Assembly: GCA_965242925.1 (NCBI GenBank)
Contig: CBDEUM010000038.1
Location: 256,001 to 320,000, forward strand
DNA: 64,000 nucleotides
Source of the DNA: Roseibacillus sp.
Lineage (GTDB): Bacteria > Verrucomicrobiota > Verrucomicrobiia > Verrucomicrobiales > Akkermansiaceae
Reading direction: 5' to 3'
Shown: one piece after another, positions 30,358 through 39,795 of the stretch
Position numbering within the stretch: the stretch's first letter is position 1
Layout of the letters: each line of letters begins with the position of its first letter
The notes under the pieces: generated by a model
Told to the model about the DNA's origin: nothing
What the model saw: only the letters and a program-made list of their open reading frames with translations
The model's database searches: none
Program-made: the position numbers and the translations under genes

Positions 30358-31143
30358 ATGGCTGATTTTGGTGTAACGGAGCGAACCTACGTAATCGCAG
30401 GTGGGACGACTGGCCTGGGGTTCTCGGCCGCGGAGGCCCTTGTTCGCAATGGTGCGCGGGTGGGGATTGGCAGTCGGTCGGAGGAGAGTGTGGCCAGAGC
30501 GCTGGAGGCTCTGGGGGAGAATGCTGTGGGCCGGAGTCTGAATGCCTCGGACCCGGGATCGGTTGGCGAATTGATTGAACTCACCTGCAAGCAGTTCGGT
30601 GATCTTCACGGACTTTATCACGTGGCCGGGGGAAGTGGACGTTCGGAGGGAGACGGTCCGCTGCACGAGCTCAGCGATGAAGGATGGGACTACACCATCC
30701 GGCAGAATCTCAGCTCCGTGATGCGTTCGAACCGGGCTGCGGTTCAGCGTTTCCGGCTTCAGGGCACGGGAGGAGCCATTCTGAACATGGGCAGTGTGCT
30801 TGGATTTGCACCTTCCCCGCGGCACTTTGCTGCGCACGCCTATGCGGCTTCCAAGGCGGGGATTGAAGGGTTCTCCAAGTCGCTGGCTTCCTACTATGCG
30901 GAGGAGGACATTCGAGTGAATGTTATCGCTCCCGCTCTGGTGGAGACTCCCATGTCGGGACGTGCACGGGAGAATGAATCGATCATGGAGTTTGTCAGGA
31001 GGAAGCAACCCCTGGATGGAGGGCGTATCGGAAGGACCGGAGATCTGGATGGTGCGGTCCTGTGTCTTCTGGGAGAGGCAGGGCGGTTTGTGACCGGGCA
31101 GGTCTTGTGCGTGGATGGCGGTTGGAGTGTGACGGAGGCTTGA
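30358..31143 (+). CDS. Short-chain dehydrogenase/reductase
   Basis: GGTTGLG, NMGS, YAASK, RVNVIAP, TGQVLCVDGG. Confidence 0.9.
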   Translation: MADFGVTERTYVIAGGTTGLGFSAAEALVRNGARVGIGSRSEESVARALEALGENAVGRSLNASDPGSVGELIELTCKQFGDLHGLYHVAGGSGRSEGDGPLHELSDEGWDYTIRQNLSSVMRSNRAAVQRFRLQGTGGAILNMGSVLGFAPSPRHFAAHAYAASKAGIEGFSKSLASYYAEEDIRVNVIAPALVETPMSGRARENESIMEFVRRKQPLDGGRIGRTGDLDGAVLCLLGEAGRFVTGQVLCVDGGWSVTEA

Positions 31144-31153
31144 AGGAAGGATC

Positions 31154-32065
31154 ATGAATTCACTTGGAATCGGCATCGATCTCGGAGGCACGCGTATCAA
31201 GGGGGCGGCCTTTGATCTGGCGAGTGGAGAGATGATTCATGAGGAGGTGGCTCCTGCCCGGGATGGGGAGCGGGAAGGAGATGTGCCTGCTTTTCTGTCG
31301 GAGGTGCGCAAACTGGTTGCCCGTTTCGAAGAGGTGGAGGGCCACGAAAGCGTGGTTGTGGGAGTGTCCTCTCCAGGCTTGGCCAATCGGGCGGCCAGTC
31401 AGATTATATCGATGCCGGGACGTCTGGAGGGCTTGGAGGGCCTGGACTGGCCGGAGGCCCTGGCGCGGCCGGTGACCGTCCTGAATGATGCCCATGCAGC
31501 CTTGATGGGGGAAATCTGGCAGGGGGCGGCGACGGGCGTGCAGAATGTGTTCCTCCTGACTCTGGGAACCGGAGTGGGAGGTGCAATCGTGACGGAGGGA
31601 CGCCTGTTGCGCGGCCATTTTGGCAAGGGGGGGCACCTCGGACACGCTTCACTCGACTTTCACGGTGAGCCCGACATCTGCGGAATGCCCGGGGCACTGG
31701 AGGACATGATCGGAAACCACAACGTGCGGGAACGCTCCGGGGGACGCTACGAGTCGACCCGGGAACTGGTGGAGGCGGTGAAGAAGGGAGAGGAGCATGC
31801 CCTGGAAGTCTGGGAACGCTCGGTCAGGGCTCTGGCAGTGGCAGTGGCTTCGTTTGTGAATGTTCTGGACCCTGAATTGGTGCTGATCGGGGGCGGGATT
31901 TCCGAAGCCTGGGATGAGATCGAGGGACGACTGAAGAACTGGATGGATGAATTTGAGTGGCGCCCGGGCGGCGGGCGGGTTGAGATCCGTCGCGCCGCAC
32001 TTGGCGCCATGGCGGGAGCTTATGGGGCTGCCTATTTTGCAATGCAGCGATACGACAAGGGATGA
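31154..32065 (+). CDS. ROK-family sugar kinase
   Basis: GIDLGGT, LNDAHAA, LTLGTGVGG, GHLGH; no HTH. Confidence 0.88.
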   Translation: MNSLGIGIDLGGTRIKGAAFDLASGEMIHEEVAPARDGEREGDVPAFLSEVRKLVARFEEVEGHESVVVGVSSPGLANRAASQIISMPGRLEGLEGLDWPEALARPVTVLNDAHAALMGEIWQGAATGVQNVFLLTLGTGVGGAIVTEGRLLRGHFGKGGHLGHASLDFHGEPDICGMPGALEDMIGNHNVRERSGGRYESTRELVEAVKKGEEHALEVWERSVRALAVAVASFVNVLDPELVLIGGGISEAWDEIEGRLKNWMDEFEWRPGGGRVEIRRAALGAMAGAYGAAYFAMQRYDKG

Positions 32066-32847
32066 AAGCATGTGAAGATTATCTGCGACTGTGCTCGGAG
32101 CTGCTTACGACGGTGTCCGGTCAAGGTGATGTCATCGACCAGGTGGCGGACAAGTTTGCGGAAACCATCCTGCGGGGTCGCATGGTGCACCTCTTCGGTT
32201 CCGGGCACAGCAGGATCATGGTGGAGGAGATGTGGCCACGCTACGGATCGTTTCCCGGCTGGAATCCCATTGTGGAATTATCCCTGACCTTTCATAATCT
32301 GACGACCGGGGCTAACGGACAACGTCAGGCGATGTACCTGGAGAATGTGCCCGGTTTTGCGGAGCGCATCCTGCGCAACTTCGACATCGCCGCGGATGAC
32401 GCTGCCCTCATCATTTCCTCCAGCGGCACGAGCGTGGTGCCGGTGGAAATGGCTGAAGGATTGCAGGGCAAGGGAGTGGCGGTGGCTGCGATGGTGAGCA
32501 AGAAGCACTCGGTGGCCAGTGTAGCCAAGCGGGAGGATGGCAGGAAACTCCCGGACTTTGCGGATTACCTCCTTGATACCGGAGCTCCGGTGGGTGACGC
32601 GGCAGTGGAGGTAGAGGGCCTGGGAGAGAAGGTCGCTCCACTCTCGACGGTAGGAGGGGTTATCCTGGTGAATGCCATCAAGGCGGAGGTGGCGCAACGC
32701 CTGACAGAGGGCGGAGCGCCTCCCAAGGTGCTCGCGGCGGCCTGCACGGTGGGAGGGGAGCGCTCGACAGAACTCTTTGAAGCTGCCTACGATGAGCACG
32801 CCCGTGGCATGGCCAGACTTTACGAGAACCTTGGCAAGGAATCATGA
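32062..32847 (+). CDS. SIS-domain sugar-phosphate isomerase-like protein
   Basis: LFGSGHS, IISSSG, DTGAPVGDA; ATGA overlap with the ROK gene. Confidence 0.85.
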   Translation: MKACEDYLRLCSELLTTVSGQGDVIDQVADKFAETILRGRMVHLFGSGHSRIMVEEMWPRYGSFPGWNPIVELSLTFHNLTTGANGQRQAMYLENVPGFAERILRNFDIAADDAALIISSSGTSVVPVEMAEGLQGKGVAVAAMVSKKHSVASVAKREDGRKLPDFADYLLDTGAPVGDAAVEVEGLGEKVAPLSTVGGVILVNAIKAEVAQRLTEGGAPPKVLAAACTVGGERSTELFEAAYDEHARGMARLYENLGKES

Positions 32848-33884
32848 AGGAACAACCACTGCGAACCTCGGTAGTCGGGAGTTATCCTTTCCCCGCCTGG
32901 TTGGAGTCGTGTTCGGGGCGCCTCGACGAGTTCGGCTCGAAGGACATCGAGGAAATGCAGGACGATGCCACCGCGGCGGCCATCGGCGATCAACTGCGGT
33001 CGGGGTTGGACGTGATCACTGATGGGGAGCAGACGCGCTTCGATTTCAACCTGAGCTTCTACGGTCACCTGGAGGGGATCTCGCTGGAGGCGGAGTCGCC
33101 GCGCAAGTGGGGGCCTCCTGCTCACGACCAAAGGGGCAAACACGAGGTGTGCGGCGACCTTGCAGCACCGCGGGGACTGGGGACCCTGGAAGAGTTCAGC
33201 CGGCTCAAAAGGATGGCGCCCGAGGGGCAGGCCCTGAAGGTCAGTGTGCCGGGTCCGTTTACGATGAGCGGGCGCCTCCTTCCGGGTGACCGCTACGCGG
33301 ATCGTTTTGCTCTCACCGAGGCGCTTCTGCCCCTTATTCGCAAGGAATTGGAGGATCTGGCGGATGCGGGATGCGAGGAAATCTGTGTCGATGAGCCCTC
33401 AATGAGTTGTTACGGCTACAAGGAGGACACCAGGCGTTTCGTCGACATCTTCAACCGGACCGTGGAGTCGGTTGCGGGGAGGACGCGGCTCTGCACGCAC
33501 TTGTGCTTTGGGAATTTCAAAGGGCATCCGGTGGGATATCGTCGCTACGCGCCGCTTTTTCCGGATTTTCTCGATCTGCATGTTGATGAGTTGCACCTTG
33601 AGATGGCCAACCGGGAATACGCCGAGTTGGAGGTGATCGGCGAGGTGGCCAAACGGATGGATGTGGCAGTCGGGATCATTGATGTGAAAAGCTATCTCGT
33701 CGAAACGCCCGAGATGATCGCGGAAAAGGTGAAGGCCTGCCTCGAACATGCCTCTCCCGAGCGGCTTGTCTTTGCGCCGGATTGCGGTCTCAGCCAGACG
33801 GCCCGGTGGGCAGCGAGGCAGAAACTATGCAACATGGTGGATGGAGTGCGAAGCGTGCGGGAAGAACTCGGGCTCCGGGTGTGA
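32844..33884 (+). CDS. Cobalamin-independent methionine synthase II family (single-barrel MetE-core) Zn enzyme
   Basis: VVGSYP, DVITDGE, DEP, HLCFGN, LEMA, GIIDVK, PDCGL. Confidence 0.85.
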   Translation: MKEQPLRTSVVGSYPFPAWLESCSGRLDEFGSKDIEEMQDDATAAAIGDQLRSGLDVITDGEQTRFDFNLSFYGHLEGISLEAESPRKWGPPAHDQRGKHEVCGDLAAPRGLGTLEEFSRLKRMAPEGQALKVSVPGPFTMSGRLLPGDRYADRFALTEALLPLIRKELEDLADAGCEEICVDEPSMSCYGYKEDTRRFVDIFNRTVESVAGRTRLCTHLCFGNFKGHPVGYRRYAPLFPDFLDLHVDELHLEMANREYAELEVIGEVAKRMDVAVGIIDVKSYLVETPEMIAEKVKACLEHASPERLVFAPDCGLSQTARWAARQKLCNMVDGVRSVREELGLRV

Positions 33885-33887
33885 GGA

Positions 33888-34787
33888 ATGATTGCGCCCC
33901 TGCAAAAGGACGAGGCCCTGTTGGCGGATATTCATTCAGCCGGAGGTGGGGAGGAATGCTTTCATCTCTGGTGGTTGGGACAGAGTGGTTTCCTGCTGAA
34001 GTGGGACGGCCAATTCCTTCTCTTTGACCCCTACCTTTCCGACTCGCTCACACGCAAGTATGCGGAGACCGACAAGCCGCATGTGCGCATGACGGAACGG
34101 GCGATCGATCCCGCGCGACTCGACTTCGTGAACTGCGTGACTTCAAGCCACAATCACACCGATCATCTGGACGGGGACACCCTTGCGGCAATTGCGAATG
34201 CTGGCGACGGAGTCACTCTCGTTCTTCCGGAAGCAAATATCGAGTTTGCCCAGGAGCGTCTGGGTGACGCGCCCATCAAGTATCTGGGTCTCAATGAAGG
34301 CACTCGGAAGGACAGTGGAATCTGGGAAATAGGAGGAGTGTCGGCGGCTCACAATGAGGTGGAGCGGGACGAATTGAATCGATGCCGGTTTCTAGGATTC
34401 CAGGTCGGGTTCGGACCGTTCAGCGTCTACCACAGTGGGGACACTCTTTGGCACGATCGACTGGTGGAGCAGTTTCTCGGGAGAAAACCGGATGTCGCGA
34501 TGCTGCCTATCAATGGGAACAAGCCGGAGCGGAGAGTAGCGGGAAACCTCAATGGGACGGAAGCAGCCATGCTGGCCCGGGCAATCGGGGCCCGGGTGGT
34601 GCTACCCTGCCACTATCATATGTTCACCTTCAACACCGAGGAACCGGAGGAGTTCATGGCTGCCTGTGAGCGACTGGGACAGGGTTACAAGGTCATGCAG
34701 TGTGGCGAACGGTTGACGGTGGAACCGGAGGAGACCTCCTGCGTCCGGGAGAAGAGAGTCTTGCGACCGGAGGATGGGGGGCGATGA
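33888..34787 (+). CDS. Metallo-beta-lactamase-fold hydrolase, UlaG-like lactonase
   Basis: WWLGQSGF, DPYLS, SHNHTDHLD, AAH, YHSGDT, LPING, PCHY. Confidence 0.85.
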   Translation: MIAPLQKDEALLADIHSAGGGEECFHLWWLGQSGFLLKWDGQFLLFDPYLSDSLTRKYAETDKPHVRMTERAIDPARLDFVNCVTSSHNHTDHLDGDTLAAIANAGDGVTLVLPEANIEFAQERLGDAPIKYLGLNEGTRKDSGIWEIGGVSAAHNEVERDELNRCRFLGFQVGFGPFSVYHSGDTLWHDRLVEQFLGRKPDVAMLPINGNKPERRVAGNLNGTEAAMLARAIGARVVLPCHYHMFTFNTEEPEEFMAACERLGQGYKVMQCGERLTVEPEETSCVREKRVLRPEDGGR

Positions 34788-35440
34788 TGGCTCGCATGCA
34801 TCCGGTCTTCGAGCGCCTGGGGGAGAGTCGCCTCGCGGCGGTGGTCATGATTGAGAATGAGGAGCACGCCGTTCCTCTCGCAAGGGCATTGTTGGCTGGA
34901 GGGGTCGCCGCCATGGAGTTGACCCTGCGAACTGATGTGGCCCTGGAGAGCCTGAAGCAGATTGGAATCGAAGTTCCGGAGATGATGGTGGGAGCGGGAA
35001 CAGTCCTAAGAGAAGAGCAGGTTTCAGCTGCGCGGGATGCCGGGGCGGCTTTTGGGGTGGCGCCCGGGACAAACAGGAGAATTCTGGCAGCAGCGAAGGA
35101 CGCCGGGTTCCCGTTTGCACCGGGCATTGCAACCCCGACTGACATTGAATTGGCACTGGAGTTCGATTGTCGGGTATTGAAGTTCTTTCCAGCGGAAGGG
35201 GTGGGGGGACTGAAATACCTCACCAGTATCGCGATACCCTACCGTCAGCTAGGGTTGCGTTATATTCCGCTTGGGGGGGTCCATGAGGGCAATCTCGCAT
35301 CCTACACCACCTCGCCGGATATCCTGGCGGTGGGAGGATCCTGGCTTGCGCCCAAGCCCCTCCTCGACACTGGAGACTGGAAAGGGATCGAGTCCCTCGC
35401 CCGGCGAGCCGTGGCGCTGGTCGAAGATGTGGGGGAGTAG
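34784..35440 (+). CDS. eda: KDPG/KHG aldolase
   Basis: ELTLRT, GAGTV, APG, PGIATPTD, Schiff-base Lys in LKFFPAE, PLGGV, VGGSW. Confidence 0.9.
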   Translation: MMARMHPVFERLGESRLAAVVMIENEEHAVPLARALLAGGVAAMELTLRTDVALESLKQIGIEVPEMMVGAGTVLREEQVSAARDAGAAFGVAPGTNRRILAAAKDAGFPFAPGIATPTDIELALEFDCRVLKFFPAEGVGGLKYLTSIAIPYRQLGLRYIPLGGVHEGNLASYTTSPDILAVGGSWLAPKPLLDTGDWKGIESLARRAVALVEDVGE

Positions 35441-35588
35441 CCTGCTGTGGCAGCCCCATGTTGTGTTCAGTTCTTCCTGCATCTCCCCTGGTGAAACGTT
35501 CCCTGTGCGCTCCAGTCCCTCCCCGTTGATTTGCCTTGCCATCCCGGTTCCTTCGCCGCAATTTCCCCGCCCACGCTTCTTGGCCAGG

Positions 35589-35661
35589 GGCTCGGTAGCT
35601 CAGTTGGTAGAGCAGGGGATTGAAAATCCCTGTGTCGGCGGTTCGATTCCGTCCCGAGCCA
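35589..35661 (+). tRNA. tRNA-Phe (GAA); CCA not fully encoded
   Basis: Acceptor stem GGCTCGG/CCGAGCC, D-arm TAGCTCAGTTGGTAGAGC, anticodon loop TTGAAAA, T-loop GGTTCGATTCC; followed by CCT. Confidence 0.97.
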
Positions 35662-36020
35662 CCTTTACAGTCAACGAGTTAGAGCGGTTCCTTTTGTTAG
35701 AGAGTTTCCGCGGGGCCACATTGGTGCCGAGTTATTGGGGTCTAGACCAAAGATTGGGGAAAGGCCTGGTTTGTTGTTTTGGGGGGGTGGCGGTCAGGAC
35801 AACCGTTATCACCTTCGATGGAAACGCACCCGGTCGCGGTCGTCGGACGTGCCTGCTCTCCCTGAGGGGGCCAACGATGGCATGTCTGCTAGACATCATA
35901 CCGCCGTGATTCCTAGCGCATCCCAGGCGTTGGCGGCAACCGCGTCATTGGGTTTCTCCCGCCCGTGCCTCCGGTCTTTCCACCTTGCCCTGCCCGCAAC
36001 CCACAGCCAAGCTTCCCACA

Positions 36021-37451
36021 ATGAGGAACCAAGGCAGGATTTCACCCCCTTCCGCTCCCTGCACCTCCATCCAGGGAAGCCCTGAAAAGGGAATTCCTGG
36101 CCGTTCTCGAAGTTCCTCTTCAGGTCGATCCTTTTTCTCCGCCTGCGTTCTCGCTTGCTCCCTGCCCGGCGTGGTAGCTGCCTCTCCGTCCTGGAACGAA
36201 TTTCGAGGCTCGAAGGGGGATGGTCACGCTGAAGGCAGCGGCTACCTCACGGAGTTTTCTGGCGAAATTGGGGTGAAGTGGTCGGCACCTATTCCAGGCA
36301 AGGGATGGTCTTCTCCCGTGATTGCCGATGGACGGATTTGGCTGACGACAGCACTTGAACGGGCCGCCACCGAAGCAGAGCGCCAGGCGAGTTTGAAAAA
36401 GGCGAAGACCGATGAACGCGAGGCAAGACAGAAACAGGTGGCGGGAGAAGTTCAGCTGCAGGCGATTTGCTTGGATCAAGCTAGTGGGAAAGTCCTTCAC
36501 GTGATCGAGCTCGCGAAGTTGATGGGGCCAGATCCGATCCATAACTTGAACAGCTACGCGTCACCAACCGCTGTGCTTGATGGCGGGAAGGTTTATTGTC
36601 ATTTTGGAACGTTTGGCACCTTTTGCCTGGATGGGAAGACGGGGAAGAAGCTGTGGGACACTCAATTCAAGATTCATCACAGTGTTGGCCCCGGTAGTTC
36701 GCCTCTTATCTACAAAAACCTGGTGATCCTGATTTGTGATGGGACGGATCAACAATTTGTCGCTGCCGTGGACAAGAACACTGGGAAGACCGTCTGGAAG
36801 AGTGATCGTCCAGCCTTGCGGGCAGCGAGGGGCGAGATGAAAAAGGCCTACTCTACTCCCGTCGTGGTGCGGGGAGAAAACGGGAAGCCCAATCAATTGA
36901 TCTGCATGGGTTCCCAGTGGTTGGTTTCCTACGATCCTCTCACTGGCAAGGAGAACTGGCGATGCGATCACGGCAGTGGGTTCTCGGTAGTGCCTCGTCC
37001 TGTGGTGGGGCATGGCAATGTGTATGTCTGCACCGGTTTTGGAAATCCTCAGCTATGGGCGGTTCGTCACGATGGCTCCGGGGATGTTTCGAAGTCGCAT
37101 GTCTCTTGGACAACGATCAAGCGTATTCCCGCCAAACCTTCTCCCCTGCTGATTGGAGACGAGATCTACGTGATTTCGGATGGAGGCATCGCGAGTTGTT
37201 TCGATGCCAGGAGGGGCGACGTGCATTGGGTGGAGCGGGTGTCGGGAAACTATTCTGCTTCCCCGCTTTATGCGGGAGGTAAGATTTACTTTTGCTCCCA
37301 GGAGGGACAAGTAACCGTGATTGAGCCGGGAACTGAATACAAAGTGGTGTCCGAAAACGATATGGGCGTGGGAATGATGGCCTCTCCTGCCGCGCTCGAT
37401 GGGGATTTGTATATTCGGACCGAGACGCACTTGCTCAGAGTGGGGGGATAG
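36021..37451 (+). CDS. PQQ-like/BamB-type beta-propeller protein (start uncertain)
   Basis: WNEFRG, GWSSPV, NSYASPT, repeated GK.LW blades, YSASP. Confidence 0.85.
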   Translation: MRNQGRISPPSAPCTSIQGSPEKGIPGRSRSSSSGRSFFSACVLACSLPGVVAASPSWNEFRGSKGDGHAEGSGYLTEFSGEIGVKWSAPIPGKGWSSPVIADGRIWLTTALERAATEAERQASLKKAKTDEREARQKQVAGEVQLQAICLDQASGKVLHVIELAKLMGPDPIHNLNSYASPTAVLDGGKVYCHFGTFGTFCLDGKTGKKLWDTQFKIHHSVGPGSSPLIYKNLVILICDGTDQQFVAAVDKNTGKTVWKSDRPALRAARGEMKKAYSTPVVVRGENGKPNQLICMGSQWLVSYDPLTGKENWRCDHGSGFSVVPRPVVGHGNVYVCTGFGNPQLWAVRHDGSGDVSKSHVSWTTIKRIPAKPSPLLIGDEIYVISDGGIASCFDARRGDVHWVERVSGNYSASPLYAGGKIYFCSQEGQVTVIEPGTEYKVVSENDMGVGMMASPAALDGDLYIRTETHLLRVGG

Positions 37452-37538
37452 TGGAGAGGAGACGGATAGGAAGGGTGTCGTCTTGCGAGTGAGCCTGGCC
37501 TCCTGACGTTGAGCCAGAGAAAGACAAAGGAGAACAAC

Positions 37539-38657
37539 GTGAACAGAGCAAATGGAATCAGGATCCTCATCATGAGAGTCCTGTGCGTTGGCATGGTATC
37601 CGGTGTCAACATCAGTGGGGTAGAGGCTGACCAACAACCAGTCACAGAGCCCTGGACTTTCTGCAGTATTCCCGACTTCCTTAACTTCGACATAGACTAC
37701 CCTCAGCAAGGTTGGGAAGATGCGTTGGGGTTTATTCTGAAGTCCATGAAGGATGAGAATCCGGCCTTCGTCATGGTTGCGGGCGACCTGGTCATGGGGC
37801 ACTGGGGGCCGACCGCGAAGGATGTGATGAAGTGGGCTGACAGGTACTACCCGCCATGGGGCAAACGCTGGAAGGATCAAGATCTGAAAGTCTACGCCGC
37901 TCTTGGCGACCATGAGATCGGTGACAATCCGTGGCCATCCTACAAGCTGGTTCCCCATTACAAAGAGGCCTTCCGGCGCCACCTGAAGATGCCCCTGAAC
38001 GGGCCCGAACACATGAAGGGGACCGCGTTCTACTGGGTGCACAAGAATGCGCTGTTTGTGTCCGTGGACGTATTCGAAAAGGGGCGCAGCAAACAGGGGA
38101 CGATCGCAGCAGGAGTGACCGGCGAACAGCTCAGGTGGTTTGAGGAGGTTCTCGGCAATCACCGGGCCAGGGTCGATCATATCGTCGTCATGGGGCATAC
38201 GCCGATTCTGCGACCCGTCCGCAAGTTCAGCTCATCGGGCATGTTGACCGTCAAAGGGCGTGATTCCGCATTTTGGCGGACCATGGTGAAGCATGATGTC
38301 GATCTATATATCTGTGGGGAAGTGCACGCTGTGACCTGTAGGCAGGAAGACGGCATCCAGCAGGTCGCCCATGGAGGTTTGATCGGGCGCACGACGAAAC
38401 CAAACTACATGGTCGTGGTCGTCCATAAAGGCAAGCTTGAGCTTGATCTCAAGGAAATCGATTTGAGCAACGGCACGGGCAGACTCTGGCAGCAGAAGAA
38501 GGGCAACGGCCCCTGGGACACGATCACGATCACCGAGGAACGTAAGAAGGAAGGGTTCACATCAATCGGCCATGTGGGCATCATCAAGCAAGCAGGCAGG
38601 AGATCGTTTGAATCAATAACAGGTTTTTTTGATGAAAAGGACAACCCCGGGAAATAG
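37539..38657 (+). CDS. Secreted calcineurin-like metallophosphoesterase
   Basis: IPD, AGDLV, LGDHE, VMGH, GEVH; AAGGAG before GTG 37539. Confidence 0.8.
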   Translation: MNRANGIRILIMRVLCVGMVSGVNISGVEADQQPVTEPWTFCSIPDFLNFDIDYPQQGWEDALGFILKSMKDENPAFVMVAGDLVMGHWGPTAKDVMKWADRYYPPWGKRWKDQDLKVYAALGDHEIGDNPWPSYKLVPHYKEAFRRHLKMPLNGPEHMKGTAFYWVHKNALFVSVDVFEKGRSKQGTIAAGVTGEQLRWFEEVLGNHRARVDHIVVMGHTPILRPVRKFSSSGMLTVKGRDSAFWRTMVKHDVDLYICGEVHAVTCRQEDGIQQVAHGGLIGRTTKPNYMVVVVHKGKLELDLKEIDLSNGTGRLWQQKKGNGPWDTITITEERKKEGFTSIGHVGIIKQAGRRSFESITGFFDEKDNPGK

Positions 38658-38770
38658 ACGATCTCCTGGCTCTTAACCTTCTGTCATCCGGACTGGTTCC
38701 GGCAGGCGTGCAACCATTGAAGTCTGGCAGGAACCCTCAAGGGGAATGATCTCGGCGTCGATTCCCAGTT

Positions 38771-38829
38771 CGGGTTGGGAGACCGGGTTGGGAGACCGGG
38801 TTGGGAGACCGGGTTGGGAGACCGGGTTG
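38771..38829. repeat. Tandem repeat of 13-mer CGGGTTGGGAGAC, 4 perfect copies plus 7 nt
   Basis: Read directly; intergenic. Confidence 0.95.
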
Positions 38830-38934
38830 TCCGCATCTGCCGCGGGTAAGGGTTGACAGGGTTGGCGTTCCGGCGGGGCCGCATTGACTGCGGGTGAAGT
38901 GTTGCACCGTCGGAAAGGGGCGTTACCCTCGCGG

Positions 38935-39702
38935 ATGAACTTCATTCAAGGAATGGCCATGATGGGATTGATCCTCACCACGGGGTGGCTCGGCGCGCAG
39001 GATACAAAGGTGGAGACTGATGTGGTCAGTCAGTTGGGTCTGGGCTTCGTGGAACTCTTCAATGGGAAGGACCTGACGAACTGGGCTGATGTCAACACTT
39101 CGCCGGAGACATGGTCGGTGAAAGATGGATTGCTGGTGTGCACGGGAAAGCCGATCGGAGTGATGAGGTCGACGAAGAAATACGAGAACTTCATTCTGGT
39201 TATCGAGTGGCGACACATGGAGGCCGGGGGGAATTCGGGGGTCTTTCTCTGGAGCGATGCCCGGCCTGAAGGAAACCGGTTACCCCGGGGGATGGAGGTG
39301 CAGATGCTCGAACTGCAATGGCCCTATATTCACGCCCAGCGAAACGGGAAGCCACGTCACCTGGGCTACGTGAGCGGAGAGTTGTTCGGGGCTGGCGGGA
39401 TGAGGGCGGTTCCCGAGAACCCGCGGGGCAGTCGTAGCATGTCCTATGAGATGCGCTGCAAGGGCAAGGGGGAGTGGAACCGTTACGTGGTGGTGGCGGT
39501 GGATGGAACCGTAAAGCTCTCTATCAACGGAAAGTTCGTCAACGGCATCCGGGAGGCGGATGGGCGGAAGGGCTATCTCTGTCTGGAGGCAGAGGGGGCG
39601 GAGATCCATTTTCGGAGGGTTAGTATCATGGAGCTGCCGGATGGACGGGCGGAAGAGCTCGACATGGTGCTGGGGGGTGAACTGGACGGGAAGAAGGACT
39701 GA
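38935..39702 (+). CDS. DUF1080 (3-keto-disaccharide hydrolase-like) secreted protein
   Basis: [38 protein letters not shown]. Confidence 0.85.
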   Translation: MNFIQGMAMMGLILTTGWLGAQDTKVETDVVSQLGLGFVELFNGKDLTNWADVNTSPETWSVKDGLLVCTGKPIGVMRSTKKYENFILVIEWRHMEAGGNSGVFLWSDARPEGNRLPRGMEVQMLELQWPYIHAQRNGKPRHLGYVSGELFGAGGMRAVPENPRGSRSMSYEMRCKGKGEWNRYVVVAVDGTVKLSINGKFVNGIREADGRKGYLCLEAEGAEIHFRRVSIMELPDGRAEELDMVLGGELDGKKD

Positions 39703-39795
39703 GTGGATTGGGCCGGGGCGATCGCGCCATCCTCAAGGGGAAGCAGCAGGGCCAAGAGAATCAGGAATAATTTATGCATTGCTGTGCGGGAAGGA

